The notes under the pieces: model-generated
The model's database searches: none
Told to the model about the DNA's origin: nothing
Seen by the model: only the letters and a program-made list of their open reading frames with translations
NCBI GenBank assembly: GCA_903936645.1
Contig: CAIZWI010000313.1
Span: 994 to 64,993, forward strand
Length of the DNA: 64,000 nucleotides
Reading direction: 5' to 3'
DNA from: an uncultured Verrucomicrobia subdivision 3 bacterium
GTDB taxonomy: Bacteria; Verrucomicrobiota; Verrucomicrobiia; Limisphaerales; UBA11358
In this document: positions 45,717 through 54,057 of the stretch, piece by piece
Layout of the letters: every line of letters begins with the position of its first letter
How positions within the stretch are numbered: the stretch's first letter is position 1
Made by a program: the position numbers and the translations under genes

Positions 45717-46862
45717 TCAGGGTTTCGTCGAATCCGGGGTGGTCGGGGATTGATTTTCCCGCGCAGCTTTTTGTATTAAATTGCCGGAGACATTGGGGGC
45801 GTCCATACTGTCAAATGGTTCAATTTTGTAGGGATAATATTCTCCGCGCAAGTAGCCTGGCAGAACAAAATTCGGCCATTCGCTGACGTTGTAGGCGGCG
45901 CCGATCGACAATTCCTCCGGGGTGGCATCCAATATGAGCACGTCGTGCGCTTCGCTAAATTGCAGTTTCGTGGGTGAAACAGCACTCGCTTCGGTGTCCG
46001 CGCCCATGAAGCCTTTGGAAGTGATCAGGACCGCGGCAATGCGGCCCGCCGCCAAGTCCACAATAAAATTTTTCACATGCCCCAGTTTTTCCTGCTGCCG
46101 GTTGTGCACTGGCATCCCAATAATCTTGCTGGCTTCTTGCGTATAACCCAACTTGGAAAAAGTACCAATGGCCCGGTCAACGTTGGAATAATAATTGCGG
46201 GTTTTGGTGCCATCGGCATTGAGCGAGACCGTGGTGTTGTCGACCGCATCCCCGGGACGAGGCGCGATCTCATTCGGCACTGTTTCGCCGGTTTTCACCG
46301 TATTCGCCCGGGGACGCGAGTTCTCGGTAAAACTCCCGTTCTTTTGGCCTGTCCAGTAACCATCGCGGTCCGCAACGAAATACGGCTGGTCACCAAAATA
46401 GGCATAAACCGCTGCCACCCGGTTGGACTCGCAACCCGCCTGCCAATGAGGGAGCTCAAATTTGGGAGCGGCGGCAAATTGTTCCCGGCTGATATCCATG
46501 TGCAGAATTTTGTTGCCCGTTTCGCGCTGCAATTTGCCGGGCGGCACGGCCGTATAGGTGCTATGGATGCCCATGAAGCCACCCGAAGAAACGATCACCT
46601 GAACCAGACGCCCTGCCTCGACATCCAGCGCCAGATTGTCCACCGTGCCCAGCAATTCGTGCTGGCGATTTTCCACCCGCATGCCAATGAGTTCACTCGC
46701 TCTGGCGGAGTGTTTCAGCAATACTAGGCGGGCCTGGATCATCCGTTGACTGAGAACATCATATTGAGCTTGCGTACGATTGGTGACTTCTTGGCCCAAG
46801 GACGCAAAAGCCAGCAAGTTGGCGGCCACAGTGCCGGCCAGGAGTCGGAGTTTATGATTCAT
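45717..46862 (-). CDS. secreted protein with two PRC-barrel domains
   Basis: Signal peptide MNHKLRLLAGTVAANLLAFASLG. Duplicated LIGMRVENRQHELLGTVDNLALDVEAGRLVQVIVSSGGFMG and IIGMPVHNRQQEKLGHVKNFIVDLAAGRIAAVLITSKGFMG. Confidence 0.7.
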   Translation of the reverse strand: MNHKLRLLAGTVAANLLAFASLGQEVTNRTQAQYDVLSQRMIQARLVLLKHSARASELIGMRVENRQHELLGTVDNLALDVEAGRLVQVIVSSGGFMGIHSTYTAVPPGKLQRETGNKILHMDISREQFAAAPKFELPHWQAGCESNRVAAVYAYFGDQPYFVADRDGYWTGQKNGSFTENSRPRANTVKTGETVPNEIAPRPGDAVDNTTVSLNADGTKTRNYYSNVDRAIGTFSKLGYTQEASKIIGMPVHNRQQEKLGHVKNFIVDLAAGRIAAVLITSKGFMGADTEASAVSPTKLQFSEAHDVLILDATPEELSIGAAYNVSEWPNFVLPGYLRGEYYPYKIEPFDSMDAPNVSGNLIQKAARENQSPTTPDSTKP

Positions 46863-46913
46863 AATGTGTCTGGTAAATGGTTAATTGGGCCAGAACGTTC
46901 TGACCTTCAATAC

Positions 46914-46930
46914 GGTACTTTACCCGGGAC
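46914..46930. repeat. copy 1 of direct repeat GGTA(A)CTTTACCCG(G/T)GAC
   Basis: GGTACTTTACCCGGGAC. The 10-nt core ACTTTACCCG is identical to 47028-47037. Confidence 0.6.
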
Positions 46931-47023
46931 CCTTGCGGCGGGCCATGGGGTGTTTCCCGCATCCAGCCAGCCGCCCGGGCGGGCCGGAAATCATGCAGAA
47001 GACTCGACCCGGCGGATTTTTCC

Positions 47024-47041
47024 GGTAACTTTACCCGTGAC
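47024..47041. repeat. copy 2 of direct repeat GGTA(A)CTTTACCCG(G/T)GAC
   Basis: GGTAACTTTACCCGTGAC, ending 5 nt before the MFS start codon. Confidence 0.6.
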
Positions 47042-47046
47042 GATTG

Positions 47047-48396
47047 ATGCCATCTGCCTCCGCACCCATGCCACCGGAAGATCGGGAACCGCCACCGGCG
47101 GCCCCCGGGCATCCCTATGCCCTGTTTCGCAATCGCCATTTTGCCCGTTATCTCACCGGCCGGGTGGCCACCACCATGGGTTCGCAAATGCTCACGGTGG
47201 CCGTGGATTGGGAACTCTACCAGCGCACGCATTCCGCCTTGGCCTTGGGCTTTGTGGGCCTGGCCTTGATGGTGCCCATGGTGATCTGCACCCTGCCGGC
47301 CGGTCATGTGGCCGACACCTTGGATCGCAAAAAGATAATTCTCGTGGCAACCCTGCTGCTCACGGCGACCAGTTTGGGCCTGGCACTCATTTCCCTGTTG
47401 AATGCGCCCGTGGCCTGGATTTACGCCTGCCTGGTGGTGGTGGGCGTGGCCCGCACGTTCGTCTGGCCAGCGAGCGCGGCCTTCCTGCCCAATTTGGTGG
47501 CGCGCGAACATTTTCCGCGGGCCGTGACTTTTAACAGCGGGGCCTACCAGCTTTCCTCGGTGCTCGGACCAGCCGCTGGAGGCTTGCTTTACGCCGCCAC
47601 CGGCCGGGCCTGGGTCATTTACGTCCTCAACGCCCTGGCTTCGCTGATTTTTTTCGCGCTCGTCCTCACGATTCCACACCGCCACCAGCGGGTGGAACGT
47701 CCCCCCACCACCCTGCGGAGTCTCGTCGCCGGATTCAATTTTGTTTACCAAAACAAAATCATTCTCGGAACCCTCTCGCTGGACATGTTTGCCGTGCTGC
47801 TTGGCGGTGCCGTCTCGCTTCTGCCCATTTTTGCCGGCGACATCCTGCATGCCGGCGCCGACGGCCTGGGATTGCTCCGGGCGGCCATGCCCATTGGCGC
47901 CGTGGTTTGCACCCTCTGGCTCACCCACCGTCCGCCGTTGCAAAAAGCCGGGCGCGCCATGTTATGGTCCGTGGCCATCTTTGGGCTGGCCACCATTTTG
48001 TTCGGCGTGGGGAACGCGGCCTGCCTGGGCCGCTGGTTGAATTTAGGCGGCTTGCCAGCCGGTTTCTGGTTCTGGTTCGCCTTCAGTATGCTCGCGCTGA
48101 GCGGCGCGGTGGACAACATTAGCGTGGTGGTGCGTCAAACCCTGGTCCAAATCCTTACTCCGGACGAAAAACGCGGCCGGGTCTCGGCCGTAAATAGTTT
48201 GTTTATAGGCACTTCCAATGAGCTGGGCGGCTTTGAATCCGGTCTGGTCGCCTGGCTGGGCGGAACGGCCATCGGTCAAACGGTGGCGCATGGGGCCATT
48301 TTTTCGGTAGTCACCGGCGGTATTGGCACGGTCATCGTGGTCCTTGCGGTGGCCAAAATCTGGCCCGAAATCCGCCGCTATGGCAAACTTGCCTGA
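47047..48396 (+). CDS. MFS transporter
   Basis: About 12 hydrophobic helices and an N-terminal FRNRHFARYLTGRV pattern resembling EntS/macrolide-efflux-type MFS proteins. Confidence 0.85.
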   Translation: MPSASAPMPPEDREPPPAAPGHPYALFRNRHFARYLTGRVATTMGSQMLTVAVDWELYQRTHSALALGFVGLALMVPMVICTLPAGHVADTLDRKKIILVATLLLTATSLGLALISLLNAPVAWIYACLVVVGVARTFVWPASAAFLPNLVAREHFPRAVTFNSGAYQLSSVLGPAAGGLLYAATGRAWVIYVLNALASLIFFALVLTIPHRHQRVERPPTTLRSLVAGFNFVYQNKIILGTLSLDMFAVLLGGAVSLLPIFAGDILHAGADGLGLLRAAMPIGAVVCTLWLTHRPPLQKAGRAMLWSVAIFGLATILFGVGNAACLGRWLNLGGLPAGFWFWFAFSMLALSGAVDNISVVVRQTLVQILTPDEKRGRVSAVNSLFIGTSNELGGFESGLVAWLGGTAIGQTVAHGAIFSVVTGGIGTVIVVLAVAKIWPEIRRYGKLA

Positions 48397-48439
48397 CAGC
48401 ATGACTTGACGCGGGCGGTGGGGCGTTTATTTTCCCCTT

Positions 48440-49036
48440 ATGAAAAAGATCGCCTTTTGGTTATTGGCCGGGACCCTTGCCACCAGCGGGATTCGCGCAC
48501 AGGACGCGGCCACCCAGCAGCAAATTGACAAATTATCCGGCCAGTTGCAGGACATTGTGGAGGCCGAGGCCGCCCAGGGTAAGCGGCTGGACGCCCTCGC
48601 CCAGGAAATTTCCGAGATCCGTACCAAGGTCAATACTCCCGTCATCAACAACAGCGCCAGCGTCGATGACTTGCAGCAATTGGCCACCAAGGTTAAAGAA
48701 ATTGATCGGAAACGACAGGAAGACCGCGAGTTGATTTTGCGGAAAATTGAGGATTTGGGCCGAATCGCCGCCACGCCGCCGCCCGTTCACCATCGTCCCC
48801 CCGCCCCGCCCAAGGAGGAAAACTCCGACACCCCCCCGGCCGCCGCCACGACCCAGCAAAACGGGTATGAATACAAGGTGCAGGAAGGTGACACCTTGTC
48901 GGCGATTGCCAAAGCTTACAAAGAAAAGGGTGTCAAGGTCACCACCAGCCAGATTTTAAAGGCCAACCCCGGCTTGAGCCCCAATTCACTCTATGTGGGC
49001 AAAACCATTTTCATCCCCGATCCCAACGCCAAATAA
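48440..49036 (+). CDS. exported coiled-coil protein with C-terminal LysM domain
   Basis: Signal peptide and a heptad-like Q/E/L-rich segment. A Pro-rich linker follows, then the LysM sequence YKVQEGDTLSAIAKAYK...ILKANPGL...LYVGKTIFIP. Confidence 0.8.
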   Translation: MKKIAFWLLAGTLATSGIRAQDAATQQQIDKLSGQLQDIVEAEAAQGKRLDALAQEISEIRTKVNTPVINNSASVDDLQQLATKVKEIDRKRQEDRELILRKIEDLGRIAATPPPVHHRPPAPPKEENSDTPPAAATTQQNGYEYKVQEGDTLSAIAKAYKEKGVKVTTSQILKANPGLSPNSLYVGKTIFIPDPNAK

Positions 49037-49046
49037 ACCGGCCCCC

Positions 49047-49859
49047 TCAACGCATTAAAAAGGCCAGCATGATAATGCCCAGCACAATGCGGTACCAGCC
49101 AAAGGCATTGAACGTGTGCGACTGCACATAGCGCAAGAGCCACTTTACCGCGATAAACGAGACAATGGAAGCCACGACGGTGGCGAGGATCACCATGCCC
49201 CAATCCTCCTTGGGGGCCAGGGGATCGGAGTGGTGCAGGCCCTTAAAGATCTTCAAACCGCCTGCTGCCAGCATGGTGGGAATGCCCACGAGAAACGAGA
49301 ACTCCGTCGCCGCTGGCCGGCCCATCCCCAGAAGCAAGGATAACATAATGGTGGTGCCCGAACGGGAGGCACCAGGAAAAACCGCGGCAATTAATTGCCC
49401 CACCCCCACGGCCACCACCACGGCCCAAGTAATCTCGCTCGCGGGCTTCTTGCCGCGCACAAACCATTCCACTGCCAGGAAAACAATCCCCCCCAGCAGC
49501 AAGGCCCAGGCTACGGGTGCCAGTTCCTCGGGCAGTTTGAATTTATGTTTGTCCAACACGTAACCACCCGCACAGGTGATTAAGAAAGCGACAATAACCT
49601 TAAGCAAATAATTTTGCGTTTGCTTGTCGCCGAGTTCAAAGACGAATTTATACAGGCGCTGCGGAAACAGGGGCAGGACGGCGATCACCGCACCACATTG
49701 AATCACGATGTTAAATAGGTCGCTCTTCCCCGTCGTCATCCAGTGGGCGGCGATCAGCAGATGCTCGGTAATGAGTAGATGCCCCGTGGAAGAAACCGGG
49801 AGAAATTCAGTGATCCCCTCGACAATTCCTAAAATTAAAACTGCAAGCCAGTCATGCAT
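49047..49859 (-). CDS. uppP: undecaprenyl-diphosphate phosphatase
   Basis: GIVEGITEFLPVSSTGH and PGASRSGTTI motifs. Confidence 0.92.
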   Translation of the reverse strand: MHDWLAVLILGIVEGITEFLPVSSTGHLLITEHLLIAAHWMTTGKSDLFNIVIQCGAVIAVLPLFPQRLYKFVFELGDKQTQNYLLKVIVAFLITCAGGYVLDKHKFKLPEELAPVAWALLLGGIVFLAVEWFVRGKKPASEITWAVVVAVGVGQLIAAVFPGASRSGTTIMLSLLLGMGRPAATEFSFLVGIPTMLAAGGLKIFKGLHHSDPLAPKEDWGMVILATVVASIVSFIAVKWLLRYVQSHTFNAFGWYRIVLGIIMLAFLMR

Positions 49860-50858
49860 GAAGAATGATGACTTAAATTAGGGCATAAATTCAAGCCGGA
49901 ATTCATCCAATCCTGAAATGACTGAGGCTTCCCCAGTTCCGCCCGCTTAGCCCCGGGGTATTTTCTGCCACAAGCACCCCATGAAATGGGTGATCACGTA
50001 TTTGCTCGCGTTGACAAACTCGTCGGACGGCTTTAGACTCATCATGAGAGTGGTTAGAGCTGGGTGGTTTTTCCACCCCGCCGCCCGTGCCCGGCCACCG
50101 CTTGGCGCCGCTTCGGTTATCCACGCGAACGCCAGGCTATCGGTGCCTTGTCGGAAAACTCTTGCCGGGCCCATGGGTCTGCCATGGTTGCCTTTGGACG
50201 CAATTCAGTTCTTTGACATCCCCAATCGGCCAACCCGCAAAAGCGCCTCCATTCGCCCTTGGGCGAGTCAGGTTTAAACCGGGTTAATCCGGCCTGTTGC
50301 GCGCGAGGAACACCTGCCCCGGCCCCAAACCGGCATAACTGCCAGGCGAAGCCGACCCTGCACCAGCCGGGTGCCAGATATATCCAGCGAAATCCAGGAC
50401 CCTCGCACCTAATCGTGCTGAATCGTACCTTTCCCAGGGCAGGACCTTGGACCCTAGACTTTGGACATCGTTAGTACGCCGCCGTCCCGCGCCGTAAACC
50501 CCCTGCCTGCCCTTAAAAACCGTAACAAGTCGTTGATTTTCTTTGTTTTGCATCATTTTCCAGAAAATTTACGTCAAGCCTCGTCGAGCCCCCCCCATGG
50601 CGCCTTTCCAATTTTGCTCCCACGCGCCATCCCGTCCGCCATCGCCTTTTGGGCGGAGGCGTAAGCCCTTTGGCCGGCCGGAAGTCGGGGCTGGAAACCA
50701 TCAGTGACGCTGGATTCCCACTTTCCCGCTCGTTGCTGACCCTGCTGACAATCCCATTTATTGGTCGTTTAAATTTCTTTGGCTGAATCAAGAACGCGCG
50801 GCAAATATTCAACTCGGCCCGCTTGTCAAAGCCCATGGGTTGCATTATTGTCCAGTCA

Positions 50859-51830
50859 ATGTGGGTGAATAAATATCAGGCACTGGCCGGTTTCCTTGTG
50901 GCGAGTGCCACCTTGGTTTCGGCCGATGTGATCCAGTTAAAGGATCAGGCGTCCATTTCCGGCAAAATTCTAACGGAGAAAACCGACGCAGTGGTGATCG
51001 ATGTGGGGTACACCGTGCTGGTGGTTCCCCGGACCTCCATCGCCAATATCAACAAAACCGGAACCACCAGCCAGCCGCTCGTGCCGGCGGCGTCCGTCAC
51101 CCCGGCTACGCCCAGTGCCACTTCCCCATTTTATAATACCGACACCCATGCCATTCCCAACCAGGATGTCAGTTCGCTAGTCAAGCAACTGGGCGAGGCC
51201 GTGGTGCAGGTGCGCAATCCCGGCGGTCTGGGCTCCGGCTTTTTCCTCAACGCCGAAGGCTATTTAATTACCAACTTCCACGTCATTGAAGGCGAAACCG
51301 AGCTGACCGTGGAGGTTTACCGGCAAAATAACGGGCAATTGGACCGGGAGACGTTTAAAAAGGTGCGGATTATCGCCATCAATAAATTTCATGATCTGGC
51401 CCTCCTGAAGATCGATGACCCGGACGCCCCGAAATTTAAGTATGTGACCCTGGGCAGTTCTGATTCCTTAAACGTCGGGAACCAAGTGTTCGCCATCGGC
51501 AGCCCGCTGGGTTTGGAACGCACTGTCACCTCTGGGATTGTGAGCACCAAAACCCGCCAGATGGAGGGGGAATTGTACCTGCAAACCAGCACCCAAATCA
51601 ACCCGGGTAATAGCGGTGGCCCCTTGTTCAACCTGGCCGGCGAAGTCGTGGGGGTGACCAACATGAAAATCACTTTCGGCGAGGGTTTGGGTTTCGCCAT
51701 TCCCGTGGAATTGGTAAAAACCTTCTTGGATCACCGGGATGCCTTTGCGTATTCCACCGACAATCCCAACAACCCCTATCGCTATCTGCAACCACCCACC
51801 CGGACTTTCAAGAACTCGCTGGATAAATAA
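50859..51830 (+). CDS. secreted trypsin-like (S1C/HtrA-type, no PDZ) serine protease
   Basis: Catalytic triad contexts ITNFHVIEG, HDLALLKI and NPGNSGGPLF. Signal peptide begins at ATG 50859 (the track start TTG 50823 is possible). Confidence 0.85.
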   Translation: MWVNKYQALAGFLVASATLVSADVIQLKDQASISGKILTEKTDAVVIDVGYTVLVVPRTSIANINKTGTTSQPLVPAASVTPATPSATSPFYNTDTHAIPNQDVSSLVKQLGEAVVQVRNPGGLGSGFFLNAEGYLITNFHVIEGETELTVEVYRQNNGQLDRETFKKVRIIAINKFHDLALLKIDDPDAPKFKYVTLGSSDSLNVGNQVFAIGSPLGLERTVTSGIVSTKTRQMEGELYLQTSTQINPGNSGGPLFNLAGEVVGVTNMKITFGEGLGFAIPVELVKTFLDHRDAFAYSTDNPNNPYRYLQPPTRTFKNSLDK

Positions 51831-51910
51831 ATGAAGCCCGGCAGCCTTGAGGCTTTTAAGCGAGGTTTATCTGAACGGATGCCACCTCATTGCGTCCAAT
51901 CTTTCCCATT

Positions 51911-53821
51911 ATGAATTTGAAAAAACTTGGCTTGCCGGGGATTTCTCTGCTGCTATTCACCCTTTGCCGATCGGCCAGCCTGCGAGCCGCCATTCCGGCC
52001 GCCGAAAACCTGCTGCCCGCCGATACGTTTTTCGTGCTCACCGCGCCCGATTGCCAGGCCTTGCGCCGGGCAACCGGGGAGTCGCCGCAAATCCTCTTGT
52101 GGAATGACCCGGCGCTCCGGCCTTTTCATGACAAATTCATGGGCAAATGGAACGAGCAGTTTATCGGTCCGTTGCAAAATGATTTGGGGTTGAACCTCGC
52201 TGATTTCCTGGATTTGCCCCAGGGGCAATTAACCCTGGCCGTCACTCGCAATGGTTGGAATGGCACTGACTCCGCCCAATCGGCGGGACTCCTGCTGCTG
52301 TTGGATGCGGGTGCCAAAAGCACTGAATTGGCCACCAACCTGGCGGCTCTCGAAAAAAAATGGGGCACGGCCGGCAAAAATTTGCGGACCGAACGGGTGC
52401 ATGGGGTGGTCTTTACCGTGGTACCGCTGTCCACCAACGATGTTCCGGCCACGGTGGCGGCACTGCTGCCCGCCAGCCAGCCAGTGCAGGAACTCGGCAA
52501 GGAAGCCCCGCCGGTCCACCCCACTGAAATGGTGATTGGCCAGTATGAATCGCTGCTGATCGTGGGCAATACGGTCAAGGCCGTGGAACCCGTCGTCGCC
52601 CGGCTCACCGGTGGCAGCCAGCCCTGCCTGGCGGATAATGCGATTTTTGCCGACGACAAAACCTCCCAGTTTCGGGATTCGCCCGTGTATTATTCCTGGC
52701 TGAATGCCCATGCTTTATTCGACTTGATCGCGCAAATCCCCGCCCCGGAACCCAACCCGAATGCTCCCAGCCTGTACCCGGTATTATCGCCGAACCTCAT
52801 CTTAAATGCCCTTGGGCTCACCGGCTTAAAGTCGGTGAGCTTGAGCTACCACCAGTCGCACGAGGGATCACTGGCCACGCTCTACTTTTCCGTGCCGGAG
52901 AGCAGCCGGCAGGGAATTTTTAAAATGCTGGCCACCGCACAAAAAGATGCGGCTCCACCGGCGTTTGTCCCCGTGGACGCGGCGAAGTTCTGGCGCTGGC
53001 GGCTGGACAGCCAGAGTATTTGGACGGAACTGTTAAAAACCCTCGGCGGCGTTTCTCCCAGTGTGCTGGGGTCAGTCAATGGGTTTATTGACATGGCGAA
53101 TGGCATGGCTCAGGCAAAGCAACCCAGTTTTGATCTGCGCAAGAATTTGCTCGGTAATATGGGGGATGACTGGTTGAGCTACGAAAAAGGTCCGGCGGGC
53201 AAGACCCTGGCAGAATTAAACCAAACCCATGGCTTGGTCTTGTTTGCGGCCGCCAATCCCGAGCAAACGCTGCTGGCGTTTAAATCTACCGCCTCACTCT
53301 ACGCCCCGCAGGAAGGCGCCCCGGAACCCCGGGATTTTCTGGGTCATAAAATTTATACCATTGCCCTGCGAGCCCAATCCACCCCCAATGGCGGCGTGGC
53401 GGCGAGTTCCCTCTATGGCTCCATTAGCAGTGGGTACGTGGCCATGAGTTCCGATGTGGCCGTGCTCGAGGAATTCCTCCGCAGTGCGGGAAAACCGCCC
53501 GAACCATTGTCCCACACCCCCGGTCTGGCGGAGGCGGTACAGCATATTGGCGGCATGGGGAATGGTTTGTTTGGCTATGAGGACCATCGGGTGGTAATGC
53601 GGGCGGCGTTTAACAGCCTGAAGCAATCCCCCGGTGCCACCACTGGGCAACCTGCCCTCGCCATGGTGCCCAAGGCCTTCAATGAATGGCTGGATTTCAG
53701 TTTATTGCCGGATTTCGACCAAGTTTCCAAATACTTTTACTTTAGCGTCTTCACTGGCACCACCACTCCCGCTGGAATTTCCTTTAAAGGCTTTTATCCC
53801 CGCCCGCCGCAGTTGAATTAG
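51911..53821 (+). CDS. exported hypothetical protein (636 aa), no recognisable catalytic motif
   Basis: Signal peptide MNLKKLGLPGISLLLFTLCRSASLRAA. Protein-like composition and codon bias. No domain I can name with confidence. Confidence 0.7.
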   Translation: MNLKKLGLPGISLLLFTLCRSASLRAAIPAAENLLPADTFFVLTAPDCQALRRATGESPQILLWNDPALRPFHDKFMGKWNEQFIGPLQNDLGLNLADFLDLPQGQLTLAVTRNGWNGTDSAQSAGLLLLLDAGAKSTELATNLAALEKKWGTAGKNLRTERVHGVVFTVVPLSTNDVPATVAALLPASQPVQELGKEAPPVHPTEMVIGQYESLLIVGNTVKAVEPVVARLTGGSQPCLADNAIFADDKTSQFRDSPVYYSWLNAHALFDLIAQIPAPEPNPNAPSLYPVLSPNLILNALGLTGLKSVSLSYHQSHEGSLATLYFSVPESSRQGIFKMLATAQKDAAPPAFVPVDAAKFWRWRLDSQSIWTELLKTLGGVSPSVLGSVNGFIDMANGMAQAKQPSFDLRKNLLGNMGDDWLSYEKGPAGKTLAELNQTHGLVLFAAANPEQTLLAFKSTASLYAPQEGAPEPRDFLGHKIYTIALRAQSTPNGGVAASSLYGSISSGYVAMSSDVAVLEEFLRSAGKPPEPLSHTPGLAEAVQHIGGMGNGLFGYEDHRVVMRAAFNSLKQSPGATTGQPALAMVPKAFNEWLDFSLLPDFDQVSKYFYFSVFTGTTTPAGISFKGFYPRPPQLN

Positions 53822-54057
53822 CCTGGCCGCATCCTAATGGGATGGTGAGCCAAGCTGATCTGTTTGGGTCGAACCGGTTCATCAATCGCTAGCTGGATGA
53901 CCGGGACCGGCGCTCTTCAAAGCCGGGCTGGCGGAGCGTCCGGTCGAGGTGAGCATCATTCCTATTGTATTTTAGGAGTAATGGTTGCAACCTGGCTGCG
54001 CTGAGGGTATTATGCAGAAAGAATCCAAGTAGCTGGGTAATTCAACCTTTAATCCAA

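Noticed and set aside
50300-50720. Possible RNase P RNA. CGGGTGCCAGATA and CCGGAAGTCGGGGCTGG faintly resemble the GGGUGCCAGGUAA and GAGGAAAGUCCGGGC regions of M1 RNA
   Set aside because: The near-invariant GAAAGUCCGGGC and ACAGAA.CCGGCUUA elements are not present on either strand. The order and spacing of the similar segments do not fit a type-A RNase P. I treat it as chance similarity pending a covariance-model scan.
53860-53885. tRNA-like T-arm hint (GGGTCGAACCGGTTC)
   Set aside because: The surrounding sequence cannot be folded into acceptor, D and anticodon arms on either strand. No tRNA is called anywhere in the window.
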